DNA of 64,000 nucleotides, from NCBI GenBank assembly GCA_044351265.1, contig JBILGC010000005.1:8162-72161 (forward strand), in the 5' to 3' direction. Below the pieces are notes generated by a model. That model worked only from the letters and a program-made list of their open reading frames with translations. It ran no database searches and was not told the DNA's origin. Both the position numbers and the translations under genes were made by a program. Origin of the DNA: Bacteroidia bacterium (lineage in GTDB: Bacteria > Bacteroidota > Bacteroidia > UKL13-3). Below are positions 57,766 to 64,000 of this stretch, piece after piece; within the stretch, counting starts at the first letter, position 1, and each line of letters opens with the position of its first letter.

Positions 57766-58959
57766 ATGAACCTAATTCTGTTTGATGGCTACAGCAGAAC
57801 CGATCTACTGCCTTTTACTTTTACAAGGCCGGTAGCAGCTATTCGTTTTGGCATACTCACCATTGCCGAAAAATGGCAAAAGCATTTAAATACAACTGTT
57901 TCTTACCTTACGCAAGATTATCTGCAACCTAAGTTTCCGCCGCTAACCCAAGCCGATAATTTGCTTATAAACGGATCGGTTTGCCCGGATGATATTATTA
58001 TAAGTGAAATTAAACAGCTTAACCTAGGTGAAGCATTATATGCAGGAAACTTGCTGGTAGCAGCTTATGTAAAGGCTGCAGATGTGGTGGGTTTTGATGA
58101 AACAACTTTTCAGGGAATTAAAGTTTATAGCAAGCAGGAAAATCCTTTGCGTACAGAATTTGTGCACGATATTTTTTCTAAAAATGATAAGGCCATAGCG
58201 GCAGACTTTGCATTGCTAACCAAAGGCCGTATATCCCAGCCAATATCTGCAACCAATCAGGTTGTTAATCCGGAACATATTTTTATTGAACCTGGAGCAA
58301 AGGTTGAGTTTAGCATACTCAATGCATCTGCCGGACCTATTTATATTGGTAAAGATGCAGAGGTAATGGAAGGCTGTAAAATTAGAGGTCCATTTGCTTT
58401 ATGTGAGCATGGTGGTTTAAAAATGGATGCCAAAATTTATGGTGCAACCACTGTTGGTCCGCATTGCAAAGTGGGAGGCGAGGTAAATAACGTGGTGTTT
58501 TTTGCCTATTCCAATAAGGGGCATGATGGCTTTTTGGGTAATGCGGTAATAGGTGAATGGTGCAATCTGGGTGCCGATACCAACTGTTCCAACCTTAAAA
58601 ACACTTATGATGAGGTGAAATTATGGAGCTACCGCACCCAACGTTTTGATAAAACCGGATTAACCTTTTGCGGATTAATAATGGCAGACCATGCCAAATG
58701 CGGAATTAACACCATGTTCAATACGGGAACCGTGGTTGGTGTAGGTGCAAATATTTTTGGTGCCGGTTTTCCCAGAAACTTTATTCCATCATTTGCTTGG
58801 GGCGGTGCGCAAGGCTTTGATACATTTCAGCTAAATAAATTTTATAAAATGGCTGAAGCCATGTGTGCCCGCAGGAATGTGGTGTTTGATGAAAACGATA
58901 AGGCTATTATTGCTCATATTTACAAGGCTACTGCTGAATTCAGGTTATGGGAAAATTAG
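57766..58959 (+). CDS. GlmU-like putative sugar-nucleotidyltransferase/acyltransferase with left-handed beta-helix (Bacteroidota alternative GlmU-like family)
   Basis: N-terminal nucleotidyltransferase-like region and C-terminal hexapeptide repeats (..GPHCKVGGEVNNVVFF..GNAVIGEWCNLGADT..). Confidence 0.55.
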   Translation: MNLILFDGYSRTDLLPFTFTRPVAAIRFGILTIAEKWQKHLNTTVSYLTQDYLQPKFPPLTQADNLLINGSVCPDDIIISEIKQLNLGEALYAGNLLVAAYVKAADVVGFDETTFQGIKVYSKQENPLRTEFVHDIFSKNDKAIAADFALLTKGRISQPISATNQVVNPEHIFIEPGAKVEFSILNASAGPIYIGKDAEVMEGCKIRGPFALCEHGGLKMDAKIYGATTVGPHCKVGGEVNNVVFFAYSNKGHDGFLGNAVIGEWCNLGADTNCSNLKNTYDEVKLWSYRTQRFDKTGLTFCGLIMADHAKCGINTMFNTGTVVGVGANIFGAGFPRNFIPSFAWGGAQGFDTFQLNKFYKMAEAMCARRNVVFDENDKAIIAHIYKATAEFRLWEN

Positions 58960-59009
58960 CACATTATATCCATTCAATGCATTTTAATAGTCATTTATAA
59001 ACTATACCA

Positions 59010-59777
59010 ATGATGAGAAAAAAAATAATAGCCGGCAACTGGAAGATGAACAAAACCTTTGAAGAAGGAATGGCACTTGTAACCGAAATAACCGGAATGC
59101 TAAAAGACGAATACAGCGGAAGTGCTGAGGTAGTAATTATTCCACCCTTTACACATGTTAACGCCATTAGCCGAATGATGGCAGATGCAAAAAACACTAC
59201 AGTAGGTGCGCAAAATTGCAGCAACCATGCAAGTGGTGCTTACACAGGAGAGGTAAGCGCAGCTATGCTAAAAAGTGTGGGTGCCACATATGTCATTATT
59301 GGCCACAGCGAGCGCAGGCAATACTTCTTTGAACAAAATGCCTGGCTGGCTCAGAAGGTTGATGCCGCGCTGGCAAATAACCTAATGCCTATTTATTGCT
59401 GCGGAGAAACGCTAGAAGAACGTGAATCAAATAAACATTTTGATGTGCTGAAAACACAAATAAGAGAAGGATTATTCCATTTATCTGCTGAGTATTTTGC
59501 AAAGGTTGTAATAGCCTATGAGCCTGTTTGGGCAATTGGTACAGGCAAAACTGCATCTACAGTACAAGCACAGGAGGTGCATGCATTCATCAGAAGTTTA
59601 ATCAGCGAAATATATGGCGAATCCATTGCTCAGCAAACAACTATTCAATATGGTGGAAGTGTGAAGCCTGATAATGCAGCTGAATTATTTGCAGCTCCTG
59701 ATATTGATGGAGCATTAGTTGGCGGAGCAGCGCTGCAAAGCCGCAGCTTTGTTGATATTGTTAAAGCAATGCGTTAA
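59010..59777 (+). CDS. tpiA: Triosephosphate isomerase
   Basis: IIAGNWKMNKT, GHSERR, and the ..AYEPVWAIGTG.. signature. Confidence 0.9.
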   Translation: MMRKKIIAGNWKMNKTFEEGMALVTEITGMLKDEYSGSAEVVIIPPFTHVNAISRMMADAKNTTVGAQNCSNHASGAYTGEVSAAMLKSVGATYVIIGHSERRQYFFEQNAWLAQKVDAALANNLMPIYCCGETLEERESNKHFDVLKTQIREGLFHLSAEYFAKVVIAYEPVWAIGTGKTASTVQAQEVHAFIRSLISEIYGESIAQQTTIQYGGSVKPDNAAELFAAPDIDGALVGGAALQSRSFVDIVKAMR

Positions 59778-59798
59778 GCATACATTTTATAAATTAAA

Positions 59799-59826
59799 GG
59801 CTGCCATTAGGTGGTCTTTTTTTTGG
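59799..59826 (+). terminator. Rho-independent terminator (GGCTGCC-ATTA-GGTGGTC + T8)
   Basis: 7-bp stem (three G-U pairs) followed by TTTTTTTT, 22 nt after the tpiA stop. Confidence 0.55.
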
Positions 59827-59927
59827 CTATACGCACAGTGAGGTTAGTTGTCGTTGTGCAGAAATAAGCCTTGGTTTGATATTCTAACATCATTTCTTTT
59901 ATTATTTTAGCCCTTTCATTATTCGCC

Positions 59928-62900
59928 ATGATCAAAAAAGCAGGTGTTATTTTAATGTTGGTTTTCTGGGTGGGTATTGTTAAGGCACAATTGTCAACCG
60001 ACCTTATTCAGTTTAGCAACGATCTCGAAGATTTTATTAAGAAATCAGGAGGCAGTACCGCCAGGGATGCAGGTGATGAGTTTGTAGGATATTTCAATGC
60101 CGGACGTTTTACCAATCCGCAAAAAATTCAAATCATTCGTATATGCAATGAAATGATAAACCGCCATACCCCAATGCCCGACTTTGAAAATTATTTGCGC
60201 ACGGTAAATGGCATGTTTGAAAATAACCAGCATAAGAAGTTTGATAATTGGCAAAAGGCTGCATATGCTACTTTTACTTCAGGTGAGTCTGATGAATACC
60301 ATGATTTTTTGCAGATTTCACGAAATATTTTTGCAGAAGGCATAGTAGCTCAGGTAGGCGGAATGAAGTGGATGAGCAGCAACCCCAATGTGGAAATGGA
60401 AACCAAAGGAACAGTTGGTTTCGTCTTTAAAAACATTAATCTCTTTTGCTATACCCAAGGTGATACACTTGAAATTTACAGTACCAGTGGTAAGTATTTG
60501 CCTGCATCAAATTCTTGGAAAGGAAGCGGTGGTAAACTGGACTGGACCCGCGTTTCTATTGACAGTGCCACTATGTTTGCTGAACTTAAAAGTTATGAAA
60601 TAGATTTTGCGACAGGATACTTAAAATCAGATTCAGCATGGTTAAGTTATCCGTTATTGTTTGATAAACCCCTTCTTGGTAAGTTGGTTGACAGGGCAAT
60701 GGCGCAGAGCCAAGGAGAACGCTCTAACTATCCGCAATTTGTTTCTTATCAGCGTAATTTTTCAAAATTGAATTTCGGCAAAGGAAAATTTACTGGATCC
60801 TTTGCCATGAAGGGCAAACGAATTAATGGTAAAGGCTCAGACACCTTAAAAGCAGAGCTTTTGTTTACTTATAAGGATAAACCAACCCTAAAGGTGCTCG
60901 CCAATGATTTTGTGGTGAAAAATAACACAGTCGTTACCAATGAAGCATCAGTTATTCTTTACCTTGAGAAAGATTCAATTTTTCATCCGCAGGTAAGGTT
61001 CAATTATCGTATTCAGGATAATTACATAAATATTTACCGCAGTGAAGAAGGAATAAGTATGGCCCCTTTTTACGATTCATACCACAACGTAGAATTTTAC
61101 TGTGATGAAATAAAATGGGATTTAACCAACCCAAAGATTGATATAGATATGGTGAATGACAATGCACCGGCCAAGTTTGAGTCAATCAATTATTTCAGAG
61201 ACATGAGGTATGAGAAGCAGCAGGGTATATTGGCTTATAACCCTTTGAACAGAATCAACTCCTACTGTTTAAAGTTTAACGTAAAGGAATTTTTTGTTCA
61301 GGATTATGCCGCTAATTTCAAAAGCAATCCTGAGGATATAGAGCTGCAGATGATTGATTTGAATGATAAAGGTTTTGTGGAATATGATAAAAAGCGCAAA
61401 TATGTTAAGGTGAAACGTAAATTACAGGATTATGTTAATGCACATAACGGAAGAACCGATTTTGATGCCATTGCCTTCCTCTCAATCATTAAACGTATAC
61501 CAAATGCAACCATTTCACTAATCAACAATGATTTACAGATTCAGGGTGTACCTAAGTTCTATTTCTCCGATTCGCAGAACGTATATATTATTCCGCAGGA
61601 TCAGATTATTACCCTTAAGAAAAATCGTGCAATGGATTTTTCAGGCAAGTTACGCTCAGGTAAAGTAGATTTTTATGGCAACGGCTTTTCATTTGATTAT
61701 GTAAAGTTTCAGATACGATTAAACAACGTAGATTCTATGAAGTTTCTTTACAAGGATGCTTCCATCGGGATGGATATGCCAATAAGAAGTGCCATCGAGA
61801 ATATTTACGGAACGCTGGCCATAGACCATCCGAACAATAAAAGTGGTAGAAAAAAATATCCGGGTTATCCTATTTTCAAATCAGATATTGGCTCTAAAGT
61901 TTTCTATAATAAACCCACCACACAATTGGGTGTTTATGATAAAAATAGATTTTACTTTGATGTTGATCCTTTTACCATGGACAGTCTTAATGATTTAAAT
62001 CTTGAAGCGCTTGCACTTAGTGGCACCTTTGTTTCGGGAGATATTGTTCCGGAACTAAAGCATTTTCTTTCCCTCCAACCTGATAAATCTCTCGGCTTTA
62101 TTCTTGAAAGTCCGGAAGCGGGTTATCCAATGTATAGAGGTAAAGGTCGAGGATTTATTAGATTGTCATTGAGTGATGAAGGATTGTTTGGTGATGGAGA
62201 AATAAAGTATCTCTCATCCTCATCAAAAGCTGATCAGTTTATCTTACTACTAGATTCGATGAATGCACAGGTAAAAACCTTTGTTAACGACCGCACCGGA
62301 ATTTATCCAACGGTAAAAGCAAATCAGGTTTATGAGCATTGGATGCCATATAACGATTCCATGTATGTATATAGTCAGCAGGAAAAAATTAGCTTCTCAG
62401 CCGATAGGGCAACCCTAATGGGAACATTGATGTTAACGCCCGAACTAACCGCAGCTGCAGGCAATATTGATGTGGAAAAGGCAGTACTTAACTCACGGAA
62501 TTTTTGGTTGCAGCCGGATAATATTTTATCTGACACTGCTTATTTTCGCTACCGTTCTGCTGCAGATTCTGTTGTTTTTGCATTTGTCTCAGGTGCTACA
62601 AAATGTAATGTTGACTTAGAAAATAGGATTTCCAATTTTGACTTCAATTTATTTAATCTCAATTCCAATTTTATATATAATCAGTATGCAGGTTCATTTG
62701 CACAATTTATCTGGTACATGGATCATAAGAAACTTGATTTTCGTTCTTATCTTCATGCAGGTGAAGAAGTATCGTATCTTGTTTCAACCAATGCTGAGCA
62801 AGACTCACTATTATTTAAAACAGGCATAACTACATATGATGTAACCGATTATACGCTCAGACCTCGTAAAATCCCATATATAAGTGTGGGCGATGCTAAA

Positions 62901-64000
62901 ATCTATGCTGATAGCCAGAAAGTAGTGATTAGAGAGGCTGCTGATATGGACATCTTATATCGAGCAAAAATTATTGCCGATAGTGCCAACCGATATCATA
63001 ATATAGAAAATGCCATGCTTAAAATAGGCGGTAAATTTACTTTGAATGGTGTAGGAGATTATGAGTATATTGATCGAAAGAAAAATCGGCAGTTGTTTTA
63101 CCTGCATGAAATTGGCATAAGCAAGGAGCGCCATTTAATTGCCAAAACAAATATCCCTGATTCTATTAATTTTTATATAGGCCCTAAAATATTATTCAGA
63201 GGTAATGCTAACCTAAAAAGTATTATCAAAAATCTGGAGTATGACGGCTTCTTCCTCACTCAGCATACATTACCTATTCCTAAAACAGAGTGGTTCAGAA
63301 ATGCTGCTGTTGTAAATCCTGACTCAGTTTTTATTAATGTAGCAGCACAAACCACTAACCTATCAAGGCAGGCTTTGATGGTAGGTGTAAATGTTTCAAA
63401 TGATTCAACGCACGTATATCCTTTATTCTTTACTCGCAAACGCAATGGATCAGATCATGAATTAATGCGTGTGGAAGGAACCTTGTTTTATGATGAGAAA
63501 ACAAAAGAATTTAAAATGGGTGCCTACAATAAAATATTTAAAGAAGCTACAAAAGGCAATTTAATTGTACTGAATGAAGCTAAGCAATCGGTTTCATATG
63601 AAGGTAAATTTGATATGGCGTTTAAGGGAAGCAAGTTTGAAATTGGCGCAGCAGGTTCGGCAGTTTATTCATTAGCTGATACCTCATTTAATATGAAACT
63701 GGTAGCACTGCTTAATTTTCCTTTCGCCCAAAATGCATTACGCATCATGTATGATTCTTTAACAGATCAATCGCTTATGGCCGCTCAGCCGGAGTTTAAT
63801 CCTGAGTTTTTAACCAAGGCACTTTCTGAGTTGGTTGAAGAGAAAAACATCAAGCGTATCAATGAAGAGATTAATGAAAACAACAATATTCGTTTAATAA
63901 ATGATCTGGAAAAAACCATATTCATTTCCGATATTCAGTTGAGGTGGAATCAAACCACGCGCTCTTTTGTTTCGGTAGGTGAAATTGGTATCAACTCATT
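59928..64000 (+). CDS. Giant secreted/outer-membrane-associated protein, 5' portion (>1350 aa; runs off the window; possibly AsmA/TamB-like)
   Basis: ATG at 59928 followed by a signal peptide (MIKKAGVILMLVFWVGIVKAQ). The ORF stays open to the end of the window, so it is absent from the complete-ORF track. No competing ORFs on either strand. N/K/F/Y-rich beta-type composition. Confidence 0.6.
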   Translation, partial: MIKKAGVILMLVFWVGIVKAQLSTDLIQFSNDLEDFIKKSGGSTARDAGDEFVGYFNAGRFTNPQKIQIIRICNEMINRHTPMPDFENYLRTVNGMFENNQHKKFDNWQKAAYATFTSGESDEYHDFLQISRNIFAEGIVAQVGGMKWMSSNPNVEMETKGTVGFVFKNINLFCYTQGDTLEIYSTSGKYLPASNSWKGSGGKLDWTRVSIDSATMFAELKSYEIDFATGYLKSDSAWLSYPLLFDKPLLGKLVDRAMAQSQGERSNYPQFVSYQRNFSKLNFGKGKFTGSFAMKGKRINGKGSDTLKAELLFTYKDKPTLKVLANDFVVKNNTVVTNEASVILYLEKDSIFHPQVRFNYRIQDNYINIYRSEEGISMAPFYDSYHNVEFYCDEIKWDLTNPKIDIDMVNDNAPAKFESINYFRDMRYEKQQGILAYNPLNRINSYCLKFNVKEFFVQDYAANFKSNPEDIELQMIDLNDKGFVEYDKKRKYVKVKRKLQDYVNAHNGRTDFDAIAFLSIIKRIPNATISLINNDLQIQGVPKFYFSDSQNVYIIPQDQIITLKKNRAMDFSGKLRSGKVDFYGNGFSFDYVKFQIRLNNVDSMKFLYKDASIGMDMPIRSAIENIYGTLAIDHPNNKSGRKKYPGYPIFKSDIGSKVFYNKPTTQLGVYDKNRFYFDVDPFTMDSLNDLNLEALALSGTFVSGDIVPELKHFLSLQPDKSLGFILESPEAGYPMYRGKGRGFIRLSLSDEGLFGDGEIKYLSSSSKADQFILLLDSMNAQVKTFVNDRTGIYPTVKANQVYEHWMPYNDSMYVYSQQEKISFSADRATLMGTLMLTPELTAAAGNIDVEKAVLNSRNFWLQPDNILSDTAYFRYRSAADSVVFAFVSGATKCNVDLENRISNFDFNLFNLNSNFIYNQYAGSFAQFIWYMDHKKLDFRSYLHAGEEVSYLVSTNAEQDSLLFKTGITTYDVTDYTLRPRKIPYISVGDAKIYADSQKVVIREAADMDILYRAKIIADSANRYHNIENAMLKIGGKFTLNGVGDYEYIDRKKNRQLFYLHEIGISKERHLIAKTNIPDSINFYIGPKILFRGNANLKSIIKNLEYDGFFLTQHTLPIPKTEWFRNAAVVNPDSVFINVAAQTTNLSRQALMVGVNVSNDSTHVYPLFFTRKRNGSDHELMRVEGTLFYDEKTKEFKMGAYNKIFKEATKGNLIVLNEAKQSVSYEGKFDMAFKGSKFEIGAAGSAVYSLADTSFNMKLVALLNFPFAQNALRIMYDSLTDQSLMAAQPEFNPEFLTKALSELVEEKNIKRINEEINENNNIRLINDLEKTIFISDIQLRWNQTTRSFVSVGEIGINS

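Noticed and set aside
1-64000. CRISPR arrays, tRNA/rRNA genes, IS elements or integrases
   Set aside because: No regularly spaced direct repeats with unique spacers were seen. None of the intergenic regions contain tRNA-like GTTCGAATC or T-loop signatures. No ORF resembles a DDE transposase, tyrosine recombinase or serine recombinase. The window looks like core chromosome.

Overview
This 64 kb window looks like Bacteroidota chromosome, roughly 40% GC, probably of the Chitinophagia/Sphingobacteriia type. The lineage call rests on SprA (2386 aa), T9SS type-A and type-B C-terminal sorting domains, a short-form GlgA next to a DUF4270 gene, tetratricopeptide repeat (TPR) sensor histidine kinases, and non-Shine-Dalgarno starts with TAnnTTTG-like -7 boxes. 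Coding density is high. I see about 48 protein genes and no rRNA, tRNA, CRISPR array, transposase or integrase. Most genes are housekeeping or envelope functions: ruvA-sprA, gmhA, dsbD, menF with a hotdog thioesterase, glmS, a DAHP synthase, glgA, panC, tpiA, rpmE2, a prolyl oligopeptidase, and a LysM glucosaminidase. The standout is a tightly overlapping minus-strand operon at 2379-9073: UbiA prenyltransferase, type III polyketide synthase (PKS), SAM methyltransferase, FAD oxidoreductase, short-chain dehydrogenase/reductase (SDR), flavin reductase, FeS-cluster photolyase. Its core (type III PKS - methyltransferase - flavoprotein) resembles the srsABC phenolic-lipid/alkylquinone operon of Streptomyces griseus. 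A perfect 11-bp inverted repeat sits in its leader, and a two-component system is transcribed divergently. I read this as a candidate prenylated phenolic-lipid or quinone gene cluster that is physically coupled to light sensing or photorepair. The second region of interest is a 1600-aa cysteine-rich secreted protein with a T9SS type-B C-terminal domain (CTD) and no adjacent PorP/SprF-family partner gene. It is followed by two signal-peptide amidohydrolases and a NUDIX gene. Other observations: a degenerate Fic-like protein with a winged helix-turn-helix (wHTH), a 385-bp convergent intergenic region carrying two repeat families, an arginase-fold protein whose metal motifs look degenerate, and a giant signal-peptide protein running off the 3' end. 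All calls come from reading the sequence and ORF translations by eye. No database searches were run.
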